A stretch of DNA of 64,000 nucleotides from Coriobacteriales bacterium (GTDB taxonomy: Bacteria > Actinomycetota > Coriobacteriia > Coriobacteriales > UBA8131). Positions within the stretch are counted from its first letter, which is position 1, and every line of letters begins with the position of its first letter. The translations under genes were made by a program, and so were the position numbers. Below the pieces are notes generated by a model. The model saw only the letters and a program-made list of their open reading frames with translations, searched no databases and was not told the DNA's origin. The stretch is from the NCBI GenBank assembly GCA_031277035.1, contig JAISLY010000060.1:21012-85011 (forward strand). Direction: 5' to 3'. Below, in pieces: positions 17,378 through 30,140 of the stretch.

Positions 17378-17653
17378 TCATACCTTATACATGAACTCAA
17401 AGACGTCCTCACGTTGCAGCGTAATCTGCAGACCAAGCCTCTCGCCGTCGGCAGCCAGGCGCTCCTGCAGGTCGTTAAAGGCGCACTGCTCCTCATCCAT
17501 CGTCACCAGCATCGTCATGGAAAACATCTCGCCCAGAAGCGTCTGCTGAATGTCGTCGATATTCGCACCGGCCTCATAAAGCGTGGTTGCGACCGCAGCG
17601 ACGATGCCCCTGCGATCCTTTCCCAATACACTGAGCACGGTTTTTGTCTTCAT
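17378..17653 (-). CDS. ACT domain protein (UPF0237-like)
   Basis: VLSVLGKDRRGIVAAV..NIDDIQQT..FSMTMLV..QREDVFEFM. Confidence 0.88.
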   Translation of the reverse strand: MKTKTVLSVLGKDRRGIVAAVATTLYEAGANIDDIQQTLLGEMFSMTMLVTMDEEQCAFNDLQERLAADGERLGLQITLQREDVFEFMYKV

Positions 17654-17716
17654 GAGTTGCCTTTCTTCAATCGTCAAGACCCTCTGCCGATGCCCTCCAG
17701 AGGCGGGCGCTCTCCC

Positions 17717-20506
17717 CTACTGCTTCGTTACCGCATAGTCCATGCGGTCGTTCAGGTCGATGCGCACCTCGTCGCCCTCGTGGATGCTTCCGGCAACAAT
17801 CTCGTTGGCCAGCAGATCCACGATGTTGCGCTGGATCAGGCGCTTTAAGGGCCGTGCGCCAAAAACCGGGTCAAAGCCGTCGATGGCCAGCTGCTCGGCG
17901 GCGGCGCGTCCAATCTCGACCGTTATCTTGCGATCAGCCAGGCGTTTGCGTACATCGGCAAGCTGGAGCTCAACAATCGCGTCGATATTTTCCATAGCAA
18001 GCGAGTGAAAGATTATAATATCATCAATGCGGTTCAGGAACTCCGGACGGAAGGTTGCCCGAAGCGCCTCGTCGATGGCGCGTTCCAGCTGCTTCTCATC
18101 GTCAAGCTCAGTGTGCGTCTCCCGCTTTTTAGCGGGCTTCTTCCGGCCTTCAATCGACTGGCCCAACTCTTCCATCATCTCGTTCATAAGCGTGTCGATG
18201 CCGCCCTCGGCGCTCACTTTTGCCGCCAAATCGCCCTTGTCGCTGGTGGTCGCCAGACCCGCCAGCTTGCCACGGGCGCTCTTCTCGCCAATGCCGCGCG
18301 CGTTAAACTCACGGATAAACTGCGAACCAACATTGCTCGTCATGATGATAATCGCGTTGCGAAAACTGACGACCCGGCCCTGTCCATCGGTCAGGCGGCC
18401 ATCGTCAAGCACCTGCAAAAGGATGTTAAAGACGTCGGGGTGCGCCTTTTCTATCTCGTCGAGCAGAATGACGCAGTAGGGCCGGCGCCGCACAGCCTCG
18501 GTCAGCTGGCCGCCCTCGTCGTAACCCACGTAGCCGGGAGGCGCACCGATGAGCCGCTGGACGCTGAACTTCTCCATATACTCGCTCATGTCGATGCGCA
18601 CCATCGCGCGCTCGTCGTCAAAGAGAAACTCCGCGAGCGTCTTTGCCAGCTCGGTCTTGCCAACACCGGTGGGGCCCAAAAACAGGAAGGTGCCGATTGG
18701 CTTGTCCGGGTCGGAGAGCCCTGCCCGCGAGCGGCGAATGGCCCCGGCGACGGCCGCGACGGCCTCATCCTGACCAACCACCCGTTTGTGCAGTTCGTCT
18801 TCGAGATGGACGAGTTTTTCCAGCTCACCCTGCATCATCTTACTCACGGGGATGCCCGTCCAGGTGGCGACAACCGCGGCAATCTCCTCCTCGGTAACCT
18901 CCTCCTTGAGCAGGCCGCCGCCCGCCTGCCGGTCTTCAAGCAGTTTTGTAGCAGCAGCAAGCTCGCTCTCCAGCTGCGGAATCGCGCCGTAGCGCAGCTC
19001 GCTTGCCCGCTGGAGGTCGTTTTCGCGCGCGGCGCGGTCATAGTCAATCTGCGCCTGCTCAAGCTCGGCCTTCAGAGTCTGCACGCGCGTGATGGCGTCC
19101 TTCTCGTTGGACCAGGTGGCCTTTACCGAATCAAGGCGGTTTTGCGTCTCTGCCATATCGTGGCGCAGGGCCTCCAGGCGCTCAACTGAGGCGGCGTCGG
19201 TCTCCTTGAGCAGTGCCTGCTCCTCTATCTGCATCTGAATCAGCTGGCGATCCACCGTGTCTATCTCCTCGGGCATCGAGTCGATTTCGATGCGCAGGCG
19301 GCTTGCGGCCTCGTCCATCAGGTCGATGGCCTTGTCCGGCAAAAAGCGGTCGGCGATATAGCGGTTGGAGAGTTCGGCGGCCGCGACGATGGCGGCGTCG
19401 GTGATGCGCACGCCGTGGTGGATTTCGTATTTCTCCTTGAGACCGCGCAGGATGGAGATGGTGTCCTCAACCGTCGGCTCGCCCACATAGACCGGCTGGA
19501 AGCGTCGCTCAAGGGCGGCGTCCTTCTCGATATATTTCCGGTACTCGTCAAGCGTCGTCGCGCCGATGGCGTGCAACTCACCGCGCGAGAGGGCCGGCTT
19601 GAGCATATTGCCCGCGTCAAGCGAGCCCTCGCCGCCAGCGCCTGCGCCGACGATGGTGTGCAGCTCGTCGATGAAGAGGATCACGCGGCCCTCGCTCTGC
19701 TCCACCTCGCGCAGCACCGCCTTGAAGCGGTCCTCAAACTCGCCACGGTATTTGGCACCGGCGAGCATCGCGGCGATGTCGAGCGCGACGATGTCGCGGT
19801 CTTTGAGCGAGGAGGGCACGTCGCCGGCAACGATGCGTTGAGCCAGACCCTCGACGATGGCGGTCTTGCCGGTGCCCGGCTCGCCGATGAGCACGGGGTT
19901 GTTCTTCGTACGGCGGCTGAGCACCTGGATGGTGCGGCGAATCTCCTCGGCGCGGCCGATGACCGGGTCGAGCTTGCCGGCACGCGCCGCCTCGGTGAGG
20001 TTGCGGCCGTAGTGCTCAAGAGCCTCAAACTGCGCCTTGGCGTCGCGCTCAAGCACCCGGGTATCGCCGCGCAGCTCCTCGTAGGCCTGTTCGAGTCGGG
20101 AGCGCGTCACGCCCGCGACCGAAAGCGCCTTGCCTGCCGACCCCTTGTCCTCAGCAAGCGCGATGAGCAGATGCTCGGTCGTGGTAAAGCTGTCCTCCAT
20201 TTTGGCCGCGACCTTCTCCGCAGCATCAATAACCTGCGTAAAGCGTGGAGAGGGCGGCGTGATGCCCATCACCTTGTTGCCGGTGACCCTGGGAGCAGCC
20301 TCCAGCTCAGCGGTGATGGCCTTGTTGAGGGCCTCGGGGTTGGCGCCCACGCGCTCGATGATGCTGTTGAGGTTGCCCTCATGCGAGTCAAGCAGGGCCT
20401 TGAGCAGATGTTCGGGCTCAAGTGCCGCAGCGTCGAGGTCGGAGGCGATGCCCATCGCTTCCTGAAAAGCCTCCTGCGAGGAAACTGCAAGTTTGTCCAA
20501 ACGCAT
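17717..20506 (-). CDS. clpB: ATP-dependent disaggregase ClpB
   Basis: Two AAA modules (GEPGTGKT; GPTGVGKT), a middle coiled-coil domain, GAPPGYVGY, and [10 protein letters not shown]. Confidence 0.96.
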   Translation of the reverse strand: MRLDKLAVSSQEAFQEAMGIASDLDAAALEPEHLLKALLDSHEGNLNSIIERVGANPEALNKAITAELEAAPRVTGNKVMGITPPSPRFTQVIDAAEKVAAKMEDSFTTTEHLLIALAEDKGSAGKALSVAGVTRSRLEQAYEELRGDTRVLERDAKAQFEALEHYGRNLTEAARAGKLDPVIGRAEEIRRTIQVLSRRTKNNPVLIGEPGTGKTAIVEGLAQRIVAGDVPSSLKDRDIVALDIAAMLAGAKYRGEFEDRFKAVLREVEQSEGRVILFIDELHTIVGAGAGGEGSLDAGNMLKPALSRGELHAIGATTLDEYRKYIEKDAALERRFQPVYVGEPTVEDTISILRGLKEKYEIHHGVRITDAAIVAAAELSNRYIADRFLPDKAIDLMDEAASRLRIEIDSMPEEIDTVDRQLIQMQIEEQALLKETDAASVERLEALRHDMAETQNRLDSVKATWSNEKDAITRVQTLKAELEQAQIDYDRAARENDLQRASELRYGAIPQLESELAAATKLLEDRQAGGGLLKEEVTEEEIAAVVATWTGIPVSKMMQGELEKLVHLEDELHKRVVGQDEAVAAVAGAIRRSRAGLSDPDKPIGTFLFLGPTGVGKTELAKTLAEFLFDDERAMVRIDMSEYMEKFSVQRLIGAPPGYVGYDEGGQLTEAVRRRPYCVILLDEIEKAHPDVFNILLQVLDDGRLTDGQGRVVSFRNAIIIMTSNVGSQFIREFNARGIGEKSARGKLAGLATTSDKGDLAAKVSAEGGIDTLMNEMMEELGQSIEGRKKPAKKRETHTELDDEKQLERAIDEALRATFRPEFLNRIDDIIIFHSLAMENIDAIVELQLADVRKRLADRKITVEIGRAAAEQLAIDGFDPVFGARPLKRLIQRNIVDLLANEIVAGSIHEGDEVRIDLNDRMDYAVTKQ

Positions 20507-20643
20507 TGCCTACTCCTATCTACCAGGGCACAATCCACAAGAGGAAAGCCCACACAGAACCGCTTGCTCAATCCACACGATACCCACACGAGGCCCACAC
20601 GAGGCCCGCTCGGCGCCCCCACAGAGGCGCCCCCACAGAGGCG

Positions 20644-21030
20644 CTATTCCTTCCAGAGCCGGATGGCTCGCGAATCGCTGCGTGCAAGCGCGGTGATCTG
20701 CTCGCGCATCCGGTGTTCATGTACCCGCGCCTCAAGGCGCACGACGCGCCGACGCAGGTTCTCGATTTCAGCTTCCTTCCTGGCCAGGCGTCGTTCGAGA
20801 TCGATAATCCGCATCACCCCGGCGAGATTGATGCCTTCGTCGGTGAGTTGGCCAATCAGTTCGAGCTGTTCGATGTCGGCCTGCGAATAGAGGCGCGTGT
20901 TGCCCGAGGAGCGCTTTGGTGTCACCAGGCCCTTGGTCTCATAGATGCGCAGGGTCTGTGGATGCACGCCCGCGAGTTCGGCGGCCACGCTGATCATATA
21001 GAGTGGACGGGTGCGGTCATTTGGGCTCAT
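20644..21030 (-). CDS. hspR: Heat-shock repressor HspR (MerR family)
   Basis: [40 protein letters not shown]; ATGA overlap with dnaJ. Confidence 0.93.
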   Translation of the reverse strand: MSPNDRTRPLYMISVAAELAGVHPQTLRIYETKGLVTPKRSSGNTRLYSQADIEQLELIGQLTDEGINLAGVMRIIDLERRLARKEAEIENLRRRVVRLEARVHEHRMREQITALARSDSRAIRLWKE

Positions 21031-22073
21031 TGTGCGCCTCCTTCGATACTTTTCACGATGCCCGGGCGTATGTCGGCGCCCGTCGGGTCGCTCGCGGCCG
21101 CAAAGGCGCAAAGCGCCTCCTTCTGCTTCTCGTTCAGTTCGGCGGGCAGGCTGACGCGTGCCCGCACCTTGAGATCGCCCGAACCCTTACCCTTCACGCG
21201 CGGCGCGCCCTTGCCCTTGACAACGAAGGTCTTCCCATCCTGCGTCCCTGCGGGGATGCGCAGCTTGACTTTTGAGCCGTCCGGCGCGGGCACGACAATC
21301 TGGGTACCCAGCGCGGCCTCGGCTATCCCGATAGGCAGCTCAAGGACAACATCGGCGCCCTTACGGGTATACAGCGGATGCGGTTTGATGGCGGTGACAA
21401 TCAGCAGGTCGCCCCGCTCACCTCCGTTTACGCCCTCAGAGCCCTTGCCCTTGTATCGCAGTTTGCCGCCTTCGACCGCACCGGGAGGCACCTTGACCTC
21501 TATCTGTTGCTCGCTGCCATCACCCGTGCGAATCGTCACGCGCTTCTGCGCACCGGAGAAGGCCTCCTCGAAGCTGACCTCAAGGGTCACCTGTACCTCG
21601 CGGCCCTTTGTGCTGCGCTTGCCACCGAAGTCCCACTCGGTGCCAAAAGCGCCCTCCCCATTCGCCATGCGTGAGAAAATATCCCCGATGCCGCCCAGCC
21701 CACCAATATCGACACCGTTTACGACCGTGCGCCAGGAGCCGCCGGGGCCGCCCGCACCGGGGCCACCGGGGCCGCCCCAGCCAAAGCCGCCGGGGCCACC
21801 CGCGCCCCTACCCGCGCCCCCACCCGCGCCCGCGCCGCCTGCCCTGCCGCCCGCAAAGGCGCCGTATTTGAGCATGGTGTCGTACTCCTCGCGCCGCTGC
21901 GCATCGGAGAGGGTCTCGTAGGCCTCGCTGATCTCCTTGAATTTGGCCTCATCGCCACCGGCATCGGGGTGATGCTTGCGCGCCAGCTTCTTAAAGGCCT
22001 TTTTTATCTCATCGGTGGAGGCGGCCTTCTTGACGCCGAGCACCTCGTAATAATTCTTCTCAGCTGCAACCAT
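21027..22073 (-). CDS. dnaJ: DnaJ/CbpA-type co-chaperone (no zinc finger)
   Basis: J-domain with HPD, G/F-rich region and DnaJ C-terminal domain; no CxxCxGxG repeats. Confidence 0.9.
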   Translation of the reverse strand: MVAAEKNYYEVLGVKKAASTDEIKKAFKKLARKHHPDAGGDEAKFKEISEAYETLSDAQRREEYDTMLKYGAFAGGRAGGAGAGGGAGRGAGGPGGFGWGGPGGPGAGGPGGSWRTVVNGVDIGGLGGIGDIFSRMANGEGAFGTEWDFGGKRSTKGREVQVTLEVSFEEAFSGAQKRVTIRTGDGSEQQIEVKVPPGAVEGGKLRYKGKGSEGVNGGERGDLLIVTAIKPHPLYTRKGADVVLELPIGIAEAALGTQIVVPAPDGSKVKLRIPAGTQDGKTFVVKGKGAPRVKGKGSGDLKVRARVSLPAELNEKQKEALCAFAAASDPTGADIRPGIVKSIEGGAQ

Positions 22074-22098
22074 GCCTACCACCTCCTGTCATCATGCC

Positions 22099-22755
22099 TC
22101 ATCGATCGCTTCTATCGCTCGCCTCACGCTTCGGGCCCCCACTTGAGACGGCCACCGTAGCCGGGCGCAGCACGCGATTGGCCATTCGGTACCCCTTCTG
22201 ATACACCTGGGCCACGGTCTCGTCCGGTACCGTCGTATCCTCCAGCGTGCCGACCGCCTGATGCACGGTCGCGTCAAAGGCCTCGCCGAGAGGATCGATC
22301 GCCTCAAGGCCCTCCTTTGCCAGCACTTCGTTGAATTTGGAGAAGACTGCCGTGATGCCCTCTTTGAGGGAGGCCCCGTTGACCGTATCGCTGTGGTCGA
22401 CGGCACGCTCCAAATCGTCGAGAACCGGCAGCAGTTTTTCCACCAGGCGCTCGGCTGCGCGGCTGCGTTCCTGTTCGCGTTCGGTGGCGATGCGCCTGCG
22501 GAAGTTGTCCCATTCCGCCTGCAGGCGGGCGTAGCGATCGCGCAGTCGCTCAGCCTCAGCCTTCACCGCGTCAAGTTCCGTAAGCTCCGCAACAATCTCT
22601 GACTCGACAGCTTCAAAGTCGCGGGCCAGGTCTTCTATCGCTGCTGCGTCAGCGAGGATGGAGTCGTCTGCGGCCGCAGCTTCGCCTGCGGCTGCGGCCT
22701 TATCTGCGGCCGCAGCTTCGTCCATACCATCCTCATGTTTCTTTTTCGCAACCAT
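22099..22755 (-). CDS. grpE: Nucleotide exchange factor GrpE
   Basis: RLQAEWDNFRRR, LLPVLDDLERA, and QKGYRMANRVLRPATVAV. Confidence 0.95.
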   Translation of the reverse strand: MVAKKKHEDGMDEAAAADKAAAAGEAAAADDSILADAAAIEDLARDFEAVESEIVAELTELDAVKAEAERLRDRYARLQAEWDNFRRRIATEREQERSRAAERLVEKLLPVLDDLERAVDHSDTVNGASLKEGITAVFSKFNEVLAKEGLEAIDPLGEAFDATVHQAVGTLEDTTVPDETVAQVYQKGYRMANRVLRPATVAVSSGGPKREASDRSDR

Positions 22756-22906
22756 GCTCACCTACCCTTTCGTCTACCCGGACTACCGTCACAACCAAGC
22801 TCGCCGCTCTCAGGCAAGCCAGTGGACGGGGGGGAGTTGTGGGGGTCGCACAGGAGGAAAAGAGGGGAAGCGCCCTCTCGTTCCCCCCTGTGTCCGCCGG
22901 AAGGCC

Positions 22907-24844
<1,938 letters not shown>

Positions 24845-24932
24845 TTTTGCCGCATCCTTTCTGTTGGTTGCCTTCTCCTGCAAACGGTTCGCGCAGGGCT
24901 CAGCGGCCCTGCGACTCATGTGCATACCAGAC

Positions 24933-24966
24933 AGTATAAAATCTAAGTGCGCTATTATCAAGTTTT
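24933..24966 (-). promoter_or_regulatory. dnaK promoter (TTGATA-N17-TATACT) overlapped by a degenerate HAIR (HspR) operator
   Basis: The minus strand reads AAAACTTGATAATAGCGCACTTAGATTTTATACT, with -35 at 24961-24956 and -10 at 24938-24933. It resembles CTTGAGT-N7-ACTCAAG with A/T flanks. Confidence 0.7.
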
Positions 24967-25073
24967 GTAACCGATGCGTTGATAAGTATGAGGGCGAAGG
25001 CGGGGGGACGAGGGCTCATCAGGCGAAGGCGGAGGGGCGAAGGCTCATCAGGCGACGGCGGGGGGACGAGGGC

Positions 25074-25162
25074 GGAGGCGGAGGGACGGTTCATGCGTCC
25101 CTCCGCCTCCAACTGCGTTCGGCTTCGTAAACGCCCCTGTCCGCAGGACGCATGAACCGTCC
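25074..25162. repeat. REP-doublet-like inverted repeat (GGACGGTTCATGCGTCC ... GGACGCATGAACCGTCC)
   Basis: Perfect 17-bp arms at 25084-25100 and 25146-25162; an additional 15-bp stem at 25074-25110. Confidence 0.65.
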
Positions 25163-25163
25163 A

Positions 25164-25694
25164 CTAAGCTGTCTGGAGAGTGAGCAGAGCATCGCCGACT
25201 TTGATAGTGACCCCCTCTCCAACTCCTCGCGTCCCGCTTAGAGGAATACCGTCGATCAGCGCAGGATGCGTCGAACCATGATCCTCAAGCCAAAGCTGCC
25301 CCTGGGCATACCGCAGGGTCAACTGGTGACGGCCGACCTCGGTCTGCGGAATGATGATATTGTTATCTGCGGCGCAACCGATTCGAAGACTCGCCCCGTC
25401 CTGCTGAACGATATAGGTGTCGTAGAGAAAGTGGCCGGGGAATTCCACGCGGACACGACAGGCAGGCGAGACAGACGATGCCTCCTGGCCTACATCGGGC
25501 AACGCTTTGAAAAGGCGCTCGGCCTCGACGGGTAGCGGCAAGGCGCCCAGCAGGACGCCCGGCAAGACGCCCGGTTCCTCCACCTCTCCCAGAAGCTCCA
25601 GATCCTCCCCCGCTTCCATAAAGGGATTCAGACAGCCAAAACAGACGTCCATGTCATCAAAGGCGGTCGCGCCACACTGCAAACAGGTCTTCAT
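25164..25694 (-). CDS. Zinc-ribbon plus FHA domain protein
   Basis: N-terminal CxxC..CxxC; FHA-like IG..DNNIII..VGRHQ..LEDHGST. Confidence 0.75.
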   Translation of the reverse strand: MKTCLQCGATAFDDMDVCFGCLNPFMEAGEDLELLGEVEEPGVLPGVLLGALPLPVEAERLFKALPDVGQEASSVSPACRVRVEFPGHFLYDTYIVQQDGASLRIGCAADNNIIIPQTEVGRHQLTLRYAQGQLWLEDHGSTHPALIDGIPLSGTRGVGEGVTIKVGDALLTLQTA

Positions 25695-25734
25695 GGCCTT
25701 CTCCTCTTCATGGCCTTCTCCCTTGCCTACTGCT

Positions 25735-26049
25735 TCACGTACTGCTCAAACGGATCAGGTCACCGGCTTCATACCAGGCAGCCTGCGGATTGGCGCGGCG
25801 TTCAAGCGTTCCGACCGCCTTGCGACACGCGAGGAGACGGTTGGGTGGCAGATCGCGTGCGACAGAAAGCACCCTGCCCTGCGAGTTGACGAAGGCGACG
25901 TCGATCGACGCATCCATACCAAAGGTATGGATGCGAGAGCAGGGCGTCAGCAGCAGCGCCTCCCCATCACGGCATACCTGTTTGCGCAAAAGCCCACACA
26001 GGCGCTCAAACATCGTCGATGCGATTCGGAAGCGTCCCGAATAGCTCAT
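25735..26049 (-). CDS. DUF192 family protein
   Basis: A.TMFERLCGLL..PCSRIHTFGM..IDVAFV motif. Confidence 0.8.
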   Translation of the reverse strand: MSYSGRFRIASTMFERLCGLLRKQVCRDGEALLLTPCSRIHTFGMDASIDVAFVNSQGRVLSVARDLPPNRLLACRKAVGTLERRANPQAAWYEAGDLIRLSST

Positions 26050-26050
26050 C

Positions 26051-26626
26051 TCATAACACCTCCACAATCACAGAGCTTCCTGTGGGAATGCTTACACATT
26101 GCACAAGCAGAAACGCAGATGCGCCACTCGCAGAGGGATAACTGAAGCTCAGCGGCACACCGGCCTGCTCACCGAGAGCACCCTGCCCATCTGCATCCTC
26201 CAAGTTTCCGCCCCCCAGACCCGCATCCTCCAGGTTTCCCGCAAACATATCCCCGTCAAGCCGATACCAGCCCTGCGAGAGCAGGAAGTTGGTCACGAGC
26301 TGCGTCGCTTCCCCCCGTTGCCAACCGCAACTGTAGCCGATGACGGATCCGCCTGGAGCAACACCAATCAACTCAAAGCCCAAACCTGCCTGGGCAAGTC
26401 CGAGCGGATCTGTGTCGCCTGTCGCAATCGCCCCATAGGCCCCATGATTCTCACTTGAGCCATACGCTCCATGCGTCTCGCTGTATAGCGCATCGCCTGA
26501 CATCGCTTCCAGCAGCGACGGCTGTCGCTGGTTAATGCGACTTTGCGCCGCCAGCACAAGCAGAAACGCCACGAAGGCCGCCAGGAAGAGCCCTGCGACC
26601 ACAAGGCGCCTGCCTGTGCGTCTCAC
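26051..26626 (-). CDS. Membrane-anchored hypothetical protein of the tad locus
   Basis: N-terminal TM helix; overlaps or abuts its neighbours in the operon. Confidence 0.65.
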   Translation of the reverse strand: MRRTGRRLVVAGLFLAAFVAFLLVLAAQSRINQRQPSLLEAMSGDALYSETHGAYGSSENHGAYGAIATGDTDPLGLAQAGLGFELIGVAPGGSVIGYSCGWQRGEATQLVTNFLLSQGWYRLDGDMFAGNLEDAGLGGGNLEDADGQGALGEQAGVPLSFSYPSASGASAFLLVQCVSIPTGSSVIVEVL

Positions 26627-27126
26627 AGGAACACCCCCGGCCGATAGGGGTCGATGCAAAAGATACGACTGTGCTCGATGCCGCTGAAACTCACGCCGAA
26701 GAAGCGGTCGCCAAAGCCCCAGGGACGATAGCGCATACGACAGGTGAATTCCTCCTGGTGCGGCAGAAGCGAGAAGGAGGGGCCGCTCGACGTGTCGCCC
26801 CCGCCGCCCTCACCGCTACCGCCGCCAAGGATGGCAGACTCCCGCGCATCCACCTCAAAACTGAGCCAGCCCCGCCCCTCAAAGGACTGCTCAATACGGG
26901 CTTGCACCGCCTGCGCACGTGAGATGGTGCCGTAGGCACCAAAGCCCGGCGAGGCCGCCTCAGTACGCACCGCCTCAGCCGCAACCCGGTCAAAACGCGC
27001 ACAGTCCCCTAAAAAGACCATCAGATTAACGGCGATGCCAACGACGGCCAACAACACGGGAATGGTCACAGCGAGCTCCACCATCATCTGCCCACGAGTA
27101 GACAGACTTCTCACGCCCAACATCAT
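26623..27126 (-). CDS. TadE-like pseudopilin
   Basis: RGQMMVELAV followed by a hydrophobic helix. Confidence 0.75.
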   Translation of the reverse strand: MMLGVRSLSTRGQMMVELAVTIPVLLAVVGIAVNLMVFLGDCARFDRVAAEAVRTEAASPGFGAYGTISRAQAVQARIEQSFEGRGWLSFEVDARESAILGGGSGEGGGGDTSSGPSFSLLPHQEEFTCRMRYRPWGFGDRFFGVSFSGIEHSRIFCIDPYRPGVFL

Positions 27127-29300
27127 CTCGCCACCTGCTCGGGAAGTCGGATGGTGACCGGAATGCTTGGCGCTCCCGGCCAGTCCCCGAGACTGATTGT
27201 GAAAAGCCTTACCTCGCGTTCCAGAACTCCGGTGCCCGGCCGCTGCACCTCCGCAAGCACACCGTCGAGAACATCTGTCGTAAAGTCCCCAGCTCCCGTA
27301 CCCGGCAGGGAGCCGTAGGCCTCCTTAACCGTACCCAGTGCGGCCAAGGCCTGGTTGTCGCCCGCGCGAATGACATGGATACTGTTTACGATGACCGGTT
27401 TGGGAGCACCGAGGGCGACTCCCTCGAGCCCGACTCCCCGTATCGCCGAGCGCAGGGTTTCCTCCGCCCATGAGGCCAGCGGCGTAGCATTTACCAGTGG
27501 TATCGCACGCAAAACATCTCCAACTCCCCGGCAAAGACCCTCCACCCCCTCGCTGTAGGCCAGAAGCGTATCGCCCCAAATACCAAGGATGCCATCGAAG
27601 ATGCCAAGCCCCGAACCCCAGGCACTGCCTTCGGAATTCTCTTTGGCGCGATCGAGGAATGCGGCGAGCACCGTGTTTCCTTCAGAGGCCTCGTCGAGCG
27701 CAAGAGCCGCCGCCGAGATCGCCATGCGTGGTGGTAAAGCAGCATCCCCGGAGACGAACGAACTGCCAAAGGCATCCGGCATTAACCGTGCGCTGAGATC
27801 GAAGGCAATGGCAATGCAGCCGTTACGTCCCGGCGGCTTGGGATGGATACGAGGTGTCTCAAGCGCGGCGAATGCCTCCTCAAAGCTGTCGAAGGCATCC
27901 TCAGCCGACTCCTGTGCCGCGCCAGTCGCGTCTGCAAAGTCGCGCGAGGCAGTCTCATAGCGTTCGGCCGCTGCGGCGACGATGCGATAATGGTACTCAA
28001 ACCCGTTCTCGATGGACGTTGAGGCACTCGCAACCCGTCCAATCGAACTGGCGCTCAGGCCGCATAGCTCACAGGAAGTGTAAAGACCTGATTCGAGCTG
28101 GGAGATTGAGCCCCATCCCGCTGCGCCTGCTTCCTGGTATACGGAACAGGATGTGACTCCATGTAAGACCCCGTTCGCATCCACTGGATAGACGGCATCG
28201 GTATACAGGCGTGTCTGCCGTATCTCGGCCGTATTACGCGCCAACAGCGGGAAAAACCCCTGGTAGATGCCGTCGGCAGAGGTATGGGAATAGCCCCTCT
28301 GCATCTCCTCGATGGCGTAGTGGTAATACTGACTGCGGATATGAGAGCGCACCTGCTCCTCAAGTGATGTATTGGCAGGTCCTTCCGTCGCAGCGCGCTG
28401 ACGATAATAGGCCTGTGCCCGTGCCAAGGCATAATCAAACTGCCAGGTCTCAACCGAACTGAAAAAGGGGTTTTGCGCGCCGCTGAGATGGGCCAGATGC
28501 CCGGCGCGTTCGTACATGCAGTAATTGGGGTTTGATCCGCAGTCCGCAAGATAGGCCTCGAGCTTCGCCTGTTCCATCCGTTGACGGGCATCCTCGGCCT
28601 CGTCGCTCAGTTCGGCGGTCTCTTCGTTTTGCTCCCCCACCTCCTGCGCCTTTGCCTCCACTGCTGCGTCGTCGGGAAACGAAAGCTCTTCCCCTTCCCA
28701 GGGAACGAGAATCGCCAGTCCATGATAGTCGCTTGCTCCCTCACGCGAGAAACCGTTTGCCTCAATGGTGGCAACCGCATTGACCGCAGCCAGGAACGGT
28801 AGCGCCTTTTGAAGGCCGTTTAACGCTTTTGAAGCCTGCCGGGCACAGTCGTCTCGCGCCTTGAAGACCTTCTGACCAAACTCCATGAGCTTGGCTCCTA
28901 TCTCCTGACAATAGGGAATGCAGCTGACAACGATGGCAATACCATAGATAAGCAGGCCAAAAAGACTGAGCGAGAGGACAACCGCATCGGCTGTCTGCGC
29001 AATGATGTAATACTCCGCGACAAGGTCTTCGGCCGCCAGCGCGCCCGCATCCGCAGCGAACTGGACGTCCCCGGCCGTCGAGTTCACCCAGTAGACCTGC
29101 GCCGAGGTGAAGAGCAGGGCAAGCGTGAGCATCAGGGCAACCACCACGCCCACACTGCTGAATCCTCCGTCGCCCTCGACAAACCAGAAGGAGCGTGAAG
29201 ATCTCTGCGCGAGTCGGAATTGAAACATCCTGGGTTTTCGCGCTCCGTTGCAATCGTGCACAGTATGGCCTGCTTTCCTCAGTCCCATTGCGTCGTCCAA
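27123..29300 (-). CDS. Large TadG-like protein (725 aa)
   Basis: Pilin-like G-FSSVGVVVAL TM segment followed by QFAADAGALAA; coiled-coil and Cys-containing extracellular region. Confidence 0.65.
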   Translation of the reverse strand: MDDAMGLRKAGHTVHDCNGARKPRMFQFRLAQRSSRSFWFVEGDGGFSSVGVVVALMLTLALLFTSAQVYWVNSTAGDVQFAADAGALAAEDLVAEYYIIAQTADAVVLSLSLFGLLIYGIAIVVSCIPYCQEIGAKLMEFGQKVFKARDDCARQASKALNGLQKALPFLAAVNAVATIEANGFSREGASDYHGLAILVPWEGEELSFPDDAAVEAKAQEVGEQNEETAELSDEAEDARQRMEQAKLEAYLADCGSNPNYCMYERAGHLAHLSGAQNPFFSSVETWQFDYALARAQAYYRQRAATEGPANTSLEEQVRSHIRSQYYHYAIEEMQRGYSHTSADGIYQGFFPLLARNTAEIRQTRLYTDAVYPVDANGVLHGVTSCSVYQEAGAAGWGSISQLESGLYTSCELCGLSASSIGRVASASTSIENGFEYHYRIVAAAAERYETASRDFADATGAAQESAEDAFDSFEEAFAALETPRIHPKPPGRNGCIAIAFDLSARLMPDAFGSSFVSGDAALPPRMAISAAALALDEASEGNTVLAAFLDRAKENSEGSAWGSGLGIFDGILGIWGDTLLAYSEGVEGLCRGVGDVLRAIPLVNATPLASWAEETLRSAIRGVGLEGVALGAPKPVIVNSIHVIRAGDNQALAALGTVKEAYGSLPGTGAGDFTTDVLDGVLAEVQRPGTGVLEREVRLFTISLGDWPGAPSIPVTIRLPEQVAR

Positions 29301-29848
29301 TCCGCTGGGCCACCGCCGCCGTTGTTTAACACCCAGGACGGTTGGACAGGTGCCCGAAGCTCGACAGTCTGCGTAAGATAGCCCTCAGCGTCCGTCTGCC
29401 CCGCCAGCCTGGCACCCCAACCGAGAAGCGGCAGGGGGCGCAACCGGTTGACAATGCGAACACAAACCTCTTCACTTCCCTCTCCACCTTCAAGCGTTAT
29501 ATCCCAGGAACGCACGCCTGTTCCCACATGGAAGATGTCCGTAAGCGGAATTGCTGTCAGACGGCGAAGAACATATCCTTCGTATTTATCCGCGCTGAAG
29601 CTGCCGACATCGGCTCGGGTCGATAACAGGCGGCAGGCCTCTGCGGCGGCATTTTCCATAACCAGACGGTTGTAGAGAAGGATTGCCGGCTGACAGAGCA
29701 CCAGGATGAGAAGCATTGTGACCGGCAACAGCACAGCGGCCTCAACGGTTGCCTGACCGCGAGAAGAGCGCACGGCCCGCATGCCTTCAGGCGGGCAGAA
29801 GGTCTTCGTCGTCTCAGGCGGGCAGACGGTCTTCGTCGTCTCGGACAT
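29279..29848 (-). CDS. TadE family pseudopilin
   Basis: RGQATVEAAVLLP..ENAAAEACR. Confidence 0.8.
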   Translation of the reverse strand: MSETTKTVCPPETTKTFCPPEGMRAVRSSRGQATVEAAVLLPVTMLLILVLCQPAILLYNRLVMENAAAEACRLLSTRADVGSFSADKYEGYVLRRLTAIPLTDIFHVGTGVRSWDITLEGGEGSEEVCVRIVNRLRPLPLLGWGARLAGQTDAEGYLTQTVELRAPVQPSWVLNNGGGGPADWTTQWD

Positions 29849-29867
29849 ACGTAATACTTGTAATCTA

Positions 29868-30140
29868 TTAGTAAAGTAAAACATCGCCAACCGTCCCCCA
29901 GATGTTTCCCCCCACTGCGTGCGAGGCGCCATCAGCCGCACGGCTGACAAACAGTCCATCGCCAAGGCGCCCCGCCAACAGGCCGAGTGTCGCTATTACC
30001 ACCATCAGGGCAAGACCAATAATCAGGTACTCAACCGTGGCCTGCCCCCTGGTATTACCGCATCGCGCACACACTGAATCCTCCTTAGCGTTTGGGGGGA
30101 CTGATACGCACAACACTGATTTGCAGACGATTGTTTTCAT
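29868..30140 (-). CDS. Minor Flp-like pilin
   Basis: RGQATVEYLIIG followed by a hydrophobic helix. Confidence 0.7.
   Translation of the reverse strand: MKTIVCKSVLCVSVPPNAKEDSVCARCGNTRGQATVEYLIIGLALMVVIATLGLLAGRLGDGLFVSRAADGASHAVGGNIWGTVGDVLLY

Noticed and set aside
22849-22892. Hairpin between dnaK and grpE with faint similarity to the REP unit (GACACAGGGGGA)
   Set aside because: The similarity is too short. It is adequately explained as an intra-operon stabilising or attenuating stem.
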